DNA of 57,902 nucleotides, taken from the NCBI RefSeq assembly GCF_001194135.2, contig NC_068989.1, positions 70,447,888 through 70,505,789 of the forward strand. The letters run 5' to 3'. The notes beneath the pieces were generated by a model. The model ran no database searches and was not told the origin of the DNA. It was given only the letters and a program-made list of their open reading frames with translations. The translations under genes and the position numbers were made by a program. Source of the DNA: Octopus bimaculoides. Lineage: Eukaryota. This document shows, piece by piece, positions 26,001 through 38,300 of the stretch (positions within the stretch are counted from its first letter, which is position 1; every line of letters starts with the position of its first letter).

Positions 26001-29000
26001 AGCACCTGTTTTCCATGCTGGCATGAGTTAGACGATTTGACTGGAGTTAGTAAGCCAGAGAGCTGTATCAGGCTCCAGTCTGTTTTGGCTTGACTTCTAT
26101 GGCTGGATGCCCTTCCTAATGCCAACCACTTCACAGAGTGTAGTGGGTGCCTTTTATGTATCATCAACACAGGTCCCTCTTAGGTGGCACCAGCATGGGT
26201 ACCTTTTGCATGTCATGGGCATGGGTGCCTTTTATGTGTCACCAGCATGGGTGCCTTTTATGTGTCACTAAAACAGGTGCTTTTTATATATCACTGGCAT
26301 GGGTGTCTTTTATGTATCATCAGCACAAATGCTTTTTATGTGTCACCAGCACAGGTGCCTTTTATGTGTCACAGGAAAATGGGTGTCTTTTACATGTCAC
26401 CGGCACAGGTACCATATATATGTCACCAACACTGGGCATGACTACAATATCACTTAGCTTGACATGTCTTCTCAAGCACAGCAAATCACCAAACCATAAG
26501 TATCATCATCATCATAGTCACCATTATCATTAGAATTACCAGCATCATAATCATCACCATTCTTCTCCTCCTCCAATGTCTGACTTCCTTGCTAGCACGG
26601 GTAGGTAGAGGCTGGATCTGGCTGGTTTGAACAGGAATAATATTGCAGCTGGATATGACTGGTTTTGTTACCAACCCAGCCGAAACCTGCTCTGGCTCTG
26701 TAGTACAAATGTCTTGTTTTCATAAGTTTTGAATTAAAATCTTCCACCAAACCTTAGTCACAACTTATATTCCTAACACTAGCTTAATGATAACTAAGTT
26801 ATTTTACTAAATTCTTTGTTATATTTAAAATAATTGAAAGAAACACAGCATCTCAAAATAAATACAGTAACGAAAGGGTTAAATGCTAACGGGTTAATGA
26901 GCCTAAAGACTTGTCGCAGACTTAAGAACTGTTGAGTAAGGAAACTATAACTTGTTAGAGCAGTTATAATGCTAAGATATCAGAGCAGTCATTGTTAATA
27001 TTATATGACCGAAAGGTGACAAGCTGGCACCGGATAAAATGCCGAACAAAATACTTGGCAGCATTTCTTCTGATGTTATGTTTTCAGTTCAAATACTGCT
27101 GGTGTCAACTTTGCCTTTTGTCCTTTTGGGGTTGATAAAATAAGTCCCAGTTGAACACTGAGGTTGATGTAACTGTCTGGTCCCACCCCTGAAATTGCTG
27201 GCCTTGAGTTGAAAGTTGAAACCAATATTATATGACCAAGGCGTAACAAGGCAATCCTTTCTAATACTAATTAGACCAAGACGTAACAAAATATTCATTG
27301 TTAACATTAATTATATAAACCAAGGCATAATAGAGCCATCGTTGTTCATATCTGTTATATGACCAGACATAACAAAACAATCATTGTTGGGGCCAAGACA
27401 TAACAAAGTAATCATTGTTAATGTCACTGAAAAAAGCGGTGAGCTGGCAGAATTGTTACCATACTGGGCAAAATGCTTGGTGGCATTTTGTCCGTCTTTA
27501 CGTTCTGAGTTCAAATTCCGCTGAGGGCAACTTTGCCTTTCATCCTTTTGGGGTCAATAAAATAAGTACTATTTGAGGACTGGGGTTGATATAATTGATT
27601 TATCCCCCTCTCCACAAATTCTAGACCTTGTGCTTATAGCGGAAAGGATTATCAATGTCACTGAAGATTGGCTCTTTGGATACATTTTTGCAAAATATCT
27701 AGCAATTTGTCAATTCCTTCTTAGCCATTCTTTAGTATGCCATTTTGTTCCCAAGAATAGTATTATATAAGAAAATTGTCTTGTGTGATAGGAATTTGTA
27801 ATAAGAAAGAAAAGACAATTTATGAATGAGTTCTTTGGTGGGAGTTTGGCAAGATGAAGCCTTGTGGATTGGTGCTATATTGCAGTCCTTGTTCAATATA
27901 TGCCTATATCGAACTGTTAATGGTAACACTGTGTAACATGATTTTTGTCCTTCGGTAGCAACTGTTAGTTTTTATTTACTTTCGCCTAGAAAGTATGAAA
28001 AATAGCTACTATTTCCTTTAAAGTTTGCTTTTGTTACATTTATTCAAGCCCCAAAGAATCGCTTTGAAAACATGGCTGTGATGCTCCCCAAATACTCTTG
28101 CTCATGATCAGAGATGCACATACTGTCTGCCACTAAGGGAAATGGCTCAACTGGTTAAGGTCAAGCAACTGACAAACAAATCGGTGGTATTGAGCAGAAT
28201 ATTTGCTATAACAAGATTTCTGCTTCAGCAACTCAGCGCTGAATCTGTCTGAAATGTAATGGAAAATAGAGTCAGTTTCAAAACATTGATGTCCAGGTCA
28301 CAAAAGCAAAGTTTGAAGGGAATAATAGTCATTTCCTTTGATTTCTAGATAGAAGCAAATAGGCAATAACACTTACAGACCAAAGATAAAAATATAAATT
28401 TTGTTACACAGTGTAATCATTATATTTTTATTTTGTATTTTCAGAACAAGTAGACAAATGGGTTTTAACCAGACGGTTTTTCCTTGTTGACAATGTGTCT
28501 ACTCGGAAATTGGTGAAACCAGGAAATGGTGTGTATTATATATAATTATGTTTTTTGTTTTGTAAAGTGTTTTATGTGGAGATTGAGTGAATTATTAGTT
28601 ATCATCATCATCATTGTTTTAATGCTTGCATGGGTCAGATGGCTGCATGTTGTGGCAGAGATTCCTATGACCAGATGCCTCTCTTGTTTTCAAGTGTGGG
28701 AATAATCTCACAGTCTATCAAACAACAAACAACCTGGACATGCTTTTGCAGTGGACTGCAAGCAAGGGTAACTGACTATATGAACAGTAGTGCTTTTGGC
28801 TACGATCAGCAAACACACATGAAGATGAAAGAAATATGGATGGCCTTTCTCTCTCTGTCACGTGTATGTGTGTGTTTACATCATAAGAATTTAGAAACTT
28901 TGAGAGACATGAAGTAAATTATTTTTAATGGCAGTACTTGAGTTCCATCGTAAAAAATAATTTACTTATATAGTCATCATCATTTAAAGTCTGTCTCCTA

Positions 29001-29286
29001 TGCTTGCATGGGTTGGGCAGTTTGACTGGAGCTAGCAAGCCAGAAGGCTGCACCAAGCTCCATTGTCTGTTTTAGCCTGGTTTATATGGCCGGATGCTCT
29101 TCCTGACGCCAACCACTTTATATATCATCATCATCGTTTAACGTCCGCTTCCCATGCTAGCATGGGTTGGATGATTTAACTAAGGACTGGCAAACCAGAT
29201 GGCTGCACCAGGCTCCAATCTGATCTGGCAGAGTTTCTACAGCTGGATGCCCTTCCTAACGCCAACCACTCCGAGAGTGTAGTACG

Positions 29287-29317
<31 letters not shown>

Positions 29318-32300
29318 AGCTTCTTTCAACTTCCGTCTATCAAATCCACTCACAAGGCTTTAGTCATCCCAAGATACTTACCCCAGGTGGCAAGCTGAAG
29401 GACTGAACCCAACACCACATCATTAGGAAGTGAATTTCTTATGCATAAAGCCATGCCTGGACTTATTCTCTCTGAAAATTCATTAAAATTATCTTTCTCT
29501 CACTTACTCTCTTATTACATAACTACAGCAGCCTCACCATCACCCCATTTTCTATCATTCACTTTCAGCACATTCTCTTTGCACAGAAGTAGCTAGCTAG
29601 TGTTGCTATTCACTTCTCTGTTAAGAGTAAGTCTACAGCTTAATATTAGAGCCATTACATACCAAAAATAACTTACAACTTTACTTCTTCCATACAATAA
29701 GTCAGATTCCTGAATTGTTGTATCACTCACTTCTTGCAGACAGCATAACCAAAACAATATATCCCTTTTGTACTCGTTTCAATCACTGGACTGTGGCATT
29801 GTTGGTATGTTGCATTGAAATGGGTTTTTTTTGTCAAACAAATCCAACCCCCACCCCCGCCGTACTTATTTCTTTAAAAGTCTGATACTTATTCTGCTGG
29901 TCTCTTTTGCTGAACTGCTTAGTATCATCACCACCATTGTTTCTAACATCTCTTTCTAATGTCCAATTTTATTCATGCTTGCATGGGTTGGATGGAATTT
30001 GTTGCAGAGGGTGGATGCTTTTCCTGTCACCAATGCTCACCTCTGTCCAAGTAAGGTAACATTTCCCCATAACCAGATATGTTTACACAGAATATTGGAA
30101 ACAAAGGACACTGCTTGCATGATGGTGACACTCGTTTACAGCTATCATGTGATATCAAGATATGGGGACAGTAGCACATATACACACATAGATATTCAAT
30201 ATTCATATCTATATCACAGGCTTTCAATTTCAGTCTAGTAAATCCAGCCTGGGGCTGTAGTAGAAGACATTAGCCCAAGGTGCCATGCAGTGGGATTGAA
30301 CCTGGAACCATGTGGTTAGGAAGCAAACTTCTCACCACAGAGCTTTGATTTTAGTGAACTGGATATCGTTAGTACAGTCTCATCTGGGACCTTATAGTTT
30401 CATGTGGTTGGGAAACACTCCCCACACAGCTTTGATTTTAATGAACTGACACCATTTGAGCGTGGCCATTGCCAGTACCGCCTGACTGGCCCTCGTGCCG
30501 GTGGCACGTAAAAGCACCCACTATACTCTCGGAGTGGTTGGCGTTAGGAAGGGCATCGAGCTGTAGAAACTCTGCCAGNNNNNNNNNNTTAGGAAGGGCA
30601 TCGAGCTGTAGAAACTCTGCCAGATCAGATTGGAGCCTGGTGCAGCCATCTGGCTTACCAGTCCTCAGTCAAACCGTCCAACCCATGCCAGCATGGAAAG
30701 CAGACGTTAAACAATGATGACAATGATGATGGTGTTCAGTCTTGTCTGGGATTGCACTGTATATTATCTTCCAATACTGGTTAGTTGTGTTGTTAGGGGC
30801 TTGTGGCTGTTGGAACTTGTTGATTTTATCTTTTTGTCTAAAATACTTGATTCTAGATTCAAATGTTATTGTTTCTCTTACAGTTTATGTCAATAACTAT
30901 GTACGATTTGCTCAGTACATGAAGTTTGTCTTCCGACTGCAACCCACAAAAAATGGCCTCATTTATCCTCCATATTTGAAAATTTTGTATGGCGAAAAGT
31001 CTTGGGCTTCTGCAGTTGCACTCAAAAATGTCCCGGTTTGTATTATTGAGTTATCTTTTATTTATTTACCTTTTATCTTTACTTGTTTCAGCCATAGGTC
31101 TGTGGCCATGCTGGGGCATCACCTTGAAAAGTTTAAGTTGAGTAGTTTGACCACCCCCAGTATTTTTTCTTTTTTGGTTTTAATCAGAGACTTAGTCTCT
31201 TGGTCTCTTTTGCTGAATTGCTAAGTTACAGGGAGGTAAATAAACCAGCACTGGTTATCAGGCAGTTGGTGGTGGTGGTGTGTGTGGGACAAACTCGAAC
31301 ACTAAAGACAGAAACATACACACTTATATCGATAAAACAAAAAAGAACAATCGTGAAATTCACTGCAGAAGAAATAAGCAACACAAAGGCGCTTCTTAGC
31401 AAAGAAGGAGATAACTTACATCTTCACATTCCAAAACATATCATAGAAAACACAGAAAAAAGAACAATGAACAATAATATATAAAAGGGGTACCTTCTAA
31501 TTTTTACATTATCCTGAATCATTTCTCATTTTATAGGTGCAGACATAACTGTGTGGCTAAGAAGCTTNNNNNNNNNNTGTGTGTGTGTGTGTGTGTGTGT
31601 GTACCTTTGCTTTGACATCATGTGATGGTTGTAAATGAACATCACTGTTATACAAACAGTGTTGTTTGTTCCCAGACTTCAATGAAAAACACGTCTGGCT
31701 GTGGGGCAATATTAGCTTAGAAACAGGTGAGGAATGGTGATAGGAAATGGCATCAAGCCATCAAAAATCTGCCCCCCTCTCAAATTCCATCTGACCCATG
31801 CAAGCATGGAAAAGTGGATGTTAAATGATGATGATGATGATATTTGGTCTATCATATTCTTTCTGTTATTACATCAAGTAATATGATAATGTGTGTTTAT
31901 TTTGGATGGTTACATAGAAAGAATATTCTAGCAAAGAGTATTTTATTTGTCTCCTTTTTCAGATAATATTCAAATCTGAATATCTACAAGATGAAACCGG
32001 TATTGAAAACAGCATCAATATAGCTTTTGGAACATTGAGTGTCTTTGCAATAATCTTCGCTGGTTTTAATACATGGGCATGGTCAAAGAGATCGGCACGC
32101 ATTTCTATAGACTTTGCCACCTTGGTTAACCTGTTTCTTAACATGTGTGCTTCACTTGGTAGTGTCTTTTTCTTTACAATACTTGGCATTGGTATATATT
32201 TTCTTCTCTTCTTCAAAGTAAGTAAAACACATTTTTCTTTCCTTTTTTTGTGATGCATGAGAGATTTATTGTCAGTGGTGAGGAAATATTGGATCATCCC

Positions 32301-35300
32301 ATAAATAATGTGGTTTTTTTATACTTTTGTTTTTCAAAATTAAGATAAAGTTCTTTTTTAATCTAAAATATACTCTTCTTCATTTTCTACAATTCTCTTC
32401 CATCTATCTGGTAGACTTGCAAGGCCCCTCTTTCAAAATTCACTTGTCTGTGACAAAAAATACTCCTCCAGTATTGTTCTGACCTCACCTACAGAATTCA
32501 TATTTTTCCTGTCCAAACAATTTTGAAGACTGTGGAATAAATGATAATCAGATGGGGCAATGTCTGGCGAATATGGTGGGCTGGGGCATCATTTCCCATT
32601 CAAACTGCTTCAGCCTTTGGAATGTCATCCTTGCTGTATGTGGCTGAGCATTATCCTGATGGAAGAACACCTTTTGTCTTGAAACCAAAGATGGTTGTTT
32701 TTCTTCTGCACTGAGTTAAGCTGCTGAAGCTGCTCACAGTAGATCTTCTTTGTTATCATTTGGTTAGGGTTTAAAAGTTCAAAGTGGACTAAACCTTTTA
32801 TATCCCACCAAACAACACCTTATGTGGGTGAAGACCTTCTTTAGCCTGGGGTGCCAATGTTTCTCCTTTCCCTACCCATTGTCTTCGGCACTTGACATTT
32901 TTACAAAGAACCCATTTCTTGTCACCAGTCACTATGTGGTCCAAAACAGGTTCATTCGTGAGATGTGACAGCAAAGAAGAGCACACATTCACTCTCTGCA
33001 CGCGATTAGACTCAGAAAGTTTGTGAGGAACCCATTGACTNNNNNNNNNNTCTGCACGCGATTAGACTCAGAAAGTTTGTGAGGAACCCATTGACTCAAT
33101 TTGCTGACTTTTCTGATGGCACACAGGTGTTGATGAATGGTTGAATGACCAAATGTTAACTATGTAATTACATAACTGATGAGATTTTTATTTTACCTCA
33201 ACAGCTATTGAGTAAAGTTAAATTATGAATATGTGGAATTAATGCTTTCCTATTTTTTGTTTGAAATCCTAAGATAAGGAATAGAGAGAAAAATACATTT
33301 TTTGTTGCATAATTTCTTTCAGAATCTTACCAGAACATGACAGAACAATTTTTTTTTTTCTCTTTCAGCAACAGAACACAGTGATAATTCTACCAATGTC
33401 TAGTCCTTTACTGAAAGAAATGTTTTCTTCATTTATCGTAGTCACGTTTTGCTTGAAGTTTTTCCACATGATTCAACTACTTGTTCGGCAGTGCACTGTG
33501 GACATGTTTTTCATTGACTGGGAAAAACCAAAAAGTAACCAGAAAGATTCCTCTGTGTCTGCTTGGAGAGTTTTATTTGTTGCCAATGAATGGGTCGAAA
33601 TTCAAACTTCCCGACGTATTAACATTGTATTTCAGCTTTTAGCATTGTTGTTCCTGCTCGTAGTTGTCGGCTTCGAAAATTTGGCATTCAATGATGCCAG
33701 TTCTAGCTTCACAGCCCCTGACACTAGCAACGTGGTTCCACAAAACCAGGTTTTCAGGTTTACTCTGTCGACCACCTTGTATCTTTTGGTTGGTAAGTTA
33801 ACAAAATACAATGACTTCATTCTTTTTAACCTGCATTCATGCATTCAGAGAGAGAAAAACAGCAAAAGAAAGACGCACACATGAGGGAGTGCTGAAAAGT
33901 TCCTGGCTTTAAGGGTATCATGAAAGGCCTGGTTGGAGGCCCGACTTTCTGAGTTCTTTTACAGGGTTTAGAAAACAGAGGGACCAGCTATCCAAATTGA
34001 CAGTACCTTAGTAGAGAAAGCAATTAAGGGTATGAAGACAGGGAAAACCCCCGGCCCATCAGGAATCTCCACAGAGATGCTTAAAATATCTGGCGGTGTC
34101 GGCTATAGTCTAGTCACCTGTATAGTCAATCAGGTGATACATGAAGGAGTCATCCTAATGGCTGTTGTAGCAGCACCATAGTCGACTGCTACAAAGGTAA
34201 AGGTGATGCATTAGATATGAATAATTACAGAGGTATCAAGTTGTTGGATCAGGTAATGAAAGTCACAGAGAGGGTCATAGCCCAACTAATTAGGGAGAGA
34301 GTTAGTTTAGATGAGATGCAGTTTGGATTTGTGCCAGGGAAAAGCACCACTGATGCTATATTTCTACTAAGACAACTCCAAGAGAAATATCTAGCCAAAG
34401 ATAAACCTCTGTACCTGGCTTTCATTGACATGGAGAAAGCCTTTGACAGGGTCCCCCGATCCCTTATCTGGTGGTCAATGCGGAAACTAGAGATAGATGA
34501 GTGGTTGGTGAGAGCTGTACAAGCCATGTGCAGGAACACTACCAGGAAGGTGAGGTGGACAACAAGTACAGCAAAGAATTCAAGGTACAAGTAGAGGTTC
34601 ACCATGGATTGGTGCTCAGCCTCTGCTTGTTTGTTCATCATAGTCCTTCAGGCAATAACAGAGGAATTCGAGATAGGCTGCTCCTCTATGCTGATGACCT
34701 GTACAGGGTCATGTACAGGGATGCTGTTAGTAAGGTGAGGGTTGGCAATGAGTATAGTGAAGAATTCCGAGTAGGGGTCTGCCAAGGATCAATCCTCAGC
34801 ACCCTCTTATAGCCCTCCAGGCAATAATAGAGCAATTCAAAACAGGATGCTCCTGGGAGCTTCTCTATGCTGATGACCTTGCTCTAATAGCTGAGTCACT
34901 ATCATAACTAGAGGAGAAGTTTCAGGTGTGGAAGCATGGTCTAGAATCGAAAGGCCTTAGAGTCAATCTAGCAAAAACCAAAGTCTTAATAAGTAGGAAG
35001 GCAGACAAATCACAAATCCTTTCAGATAGATGGTCCTGCTCAATCTGTAGAAAAAGCGTAGGTAGAAACTCCATAAAATGTACCCAGTGTAAGCTATGAA
35101 CACATAAGAGGTGCAGCAATATCAAAGGCAGGCTAACTGGGAAGATAGTTTTTGTATGTGGCAAATGCTCAGGTGCTATAAACACTGAAAATGTGCAGAA
35201 AACAGCTTCTATCACATGCCAGGGGAAAAAACTAGAAGTAGTTAATAGCTTCTGTTACCTAGGTGACCAAGTCAGTAGCAGGGGTGAATGCTCTGTGAGT

Positions 35301-38300
35301 GTAGCTGCTAGAATAAGAATAGTCTGGGCAAAGTTCAGAGAGCTCCTACCTGTGCTGGTGACAAAGGGCCTCTCGCTCAGAGTAAAAAGTAGACTGTATG
35401 ACGCATGTGTGCGAACAGCCATGCTACATGGCAGTGAAAGATGGGCTGTGACTGCTGAGGACATGCGTAAGCTGGCAAGAAATGAAACTAGTATGCTCTG
35501 CACTGGTATGGTCATGTGTTGCGTATGGATGAGGACAGCTGTGTGAAAAAGTGTCACACCCTAGCAGTGGAGGGAACCTGTGGAAGAGGAAGACCTAGGA
35601 TGAGGTGGTGAAGCACAACCATCGAATGTTGGGCCTCACAGAGTCAATGACAAGTGACTGAGACTTTGGAGTTATGCTGTGCTTGAGAAAACCCAGCAAG
35701 CCAAGTGAGACCGTAACTGGCCTATGCCAGTGTAGCATAACCTGCCCATTTAAGAGTACTTTTTAATCAATAAACTGTGCTTGTGAAGACCTGTTGAGTT
35801 ATGTGAAGTCATTGTCATGGCCAATGACAGTACTGTCTGATTGGTACCAGTGCTGGTGGCACGTAAAAAGCACCATTCGAGCGTGGTCAATGCCAGTGCT
35901 GCTTGACTAGCTCCTGTGCCAGTGGCATGTAAAAAGCACCATTTGAGCATGGTCAGTGCCAGTGCCGGCTGACTGGCTCCCATGCCGGTGGCATGTAAAA
36001 AGCACCCACTACACTCTCGGAGTGGTTGGCATTAGGAAGGGCATCCAACTGTAGAAACTTTGCCAGATAAGATTGGAGCCTGGTGCAGCCTTCTGGCTTG
36101 CCAGCCCTCAGTCAAGCTGTCCAACCCATGCCAGCATGGAAAGTGGACGTTAAACGATGATGATGATGAAGGACCACAGCAATAAGTGTGTGAATCTGAG
36201 AGGAGTATATGTTGAAGAAAATCATAATTAACTGATCCTCCTGTATTTTTTTTTCCCAAAGCCAGGAACATTTCAGCAACCCTCTCATGTATATGAATTA
36301 AGAAAAAATGTGCTAAGTGAAACAACTGGGAGTGGGCAACAGTATGTATTTGAACAACATAGACAAATACAGGTATATCAAATACCGTACAACTTCTCGT
36401 ATAAATTCTTGGTTTATTAAAATTATTTCTGCAACTGAAATGTTTGATCCATGTTCATGTGTCATGGTTTTGTGTTAAAGACTGAAAGGTCTGTTGAATT
36501 TGCTTTTTCGTAGCTATTTGCCAGTGGCTGTACAAAGTTATATTCTATGAGAGGTTTATTGAAGACATCATGCAGCAGTTTATTGATCTATGTTCATTGA
36601 GTAACATCAGCGTCTTCATGATGGATCATCTGCTACATGGATATTATATCCATGGGCGGTCTGTGCATGGGAAAGCAGATACAAACTTTCGAGGCATTCA
36701 GAAGATGATGTCTCGAGAACAGGTAAGGACGATTCTTGCTGTCTCTTCTTCTCTCGCTTCCTCTCTCCCTCCTTCTCTCACTTCATTCCTCCCTCCTCCC
36801 TTTCCCCCTCTCATTTCTTCCCTCCCCTTCACTTAATCCCCCCTCTACTTCCATTTCCACTATCTCCTCTTCCCCTCTCTTACCCCGCCCTCTCCATTCC
36901 CTTCTCTCCTCTACTCTCTCTCCCTTGCTTTTCTAACCCCCTGCCTTGTGCTCTACCCCCTAATCCACCCGACTCCCTCCAGTGACAGAAATACTTCTTA
37001 TAAATTAGATACACTCTTGGCCTCAGCATTTTGATCCCTGCTTATTTTATAGACTCTGGAAGGAGAAGAGGCAAAATTTGAACTCAAAATAGAAAAGGAC
37101 ATAATCAAATACCTCAAGGTTTTTTTCTGCAGTAACTTACCAATTCTGCCAACCATATATGTGCAAGTTCATTTAAATGTCACCCATGTTATGGAAGTAT
37201 TGTGTTCCTGAAAATCTTGCTGAAAACATTGTGTTCTATAATGCAAAACCTGTTTCCAGTGTTGGTGTGTTTATATCCCTGTAACTTAGCAGTTCAGCAA
37301 AAGGGACTGATGGAATAAGTACTAGGCATAAAAAAAAAAATATAAGTACTGGCCACAGTCTAATGACTGAAATGAGTAAAAGATAAAAGGTATATAATTT
37401 TAGATGCAGGCCTAGCTGTGTGGTTTTGGGTTCTTTGTGCATGATATCTTGGTAAAATATCTTCTGTTGTAGTTGTCTGTTGACCTATGTCTGTAAGTAA
37501 GATATACTTTCCTACTCTAGGCACAAGGCCTGAAATTTTTGGGGAGGGGGGGATCAATTAGATCAACCCCAGTACACAACTCGTACTTAATTTATCAATC
37601 CTGAAAGGATGAAAGTCAAAGTGGACCTCGGCGGAATTTGATCTCAGAACGTAAAGACAGACAAAATACTGCTAAGCATTTCGCCTGGTGTGCTAATGTG
37701 GATTGCATGTGTGTGTGTGTTTGTGTGAATATATATCATTATGAAACACTGAGTTGCATTGCACCTTTTTGTGAAAAGGTAACTTTGCCCTTTGATGTAT
37801 AAAAAAAACTGATAAAATTAAATGCAAACATAAATAATTAGATGTGGACAAAGTGATCAACTAGATCCCTTGAAGATGGTGCTGCAGCTTGGCCATAATC
37901 CAAGGACTGAGGCCAGTAAAAGAACAGATATTACTTGAATTTCCAGGAGCATAGGACATTAAATAGTCAAATTTTTATATTTTATTCCCCAGAATTTGAA
38001 GGTAATATCTACGAAAATGTGCTCTAAACTGTAAAATATGAATGAATGTTTTTTTTTAACAAGTCTTGTTATTTGCCTTCATCCAGAATGATCTTTGCAG
38101 TGAGCGAGGCTTGCTCCCTAATACCGAACAGCAATCCTTTGAAATGTCATTACCTAACAAATTACGATCGTGCTACGTACAGATTATGATGCCAGTAACC
38201 TTCAAGCAGGTGAGTTCTATTTATAATTTAATTATTTATTTACCTATTTATTATTTTTGTCAGTTCTCCACAGTTTTCTCTTCATTGCTCTATTCTACCA

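Noticed and set aside
26147-26533. Repetitive His/Cys/Met-rich ORFs (also 24556-24960 and 40914-41210)
   Set aside because: Translations of RTE 3' UTR tandem units and (CAT)n tails.
32991-33100. Direct repeats flanking short N runs (also 30547-30620)
   Set aside because: Typical scaffold-overlap artefacts.
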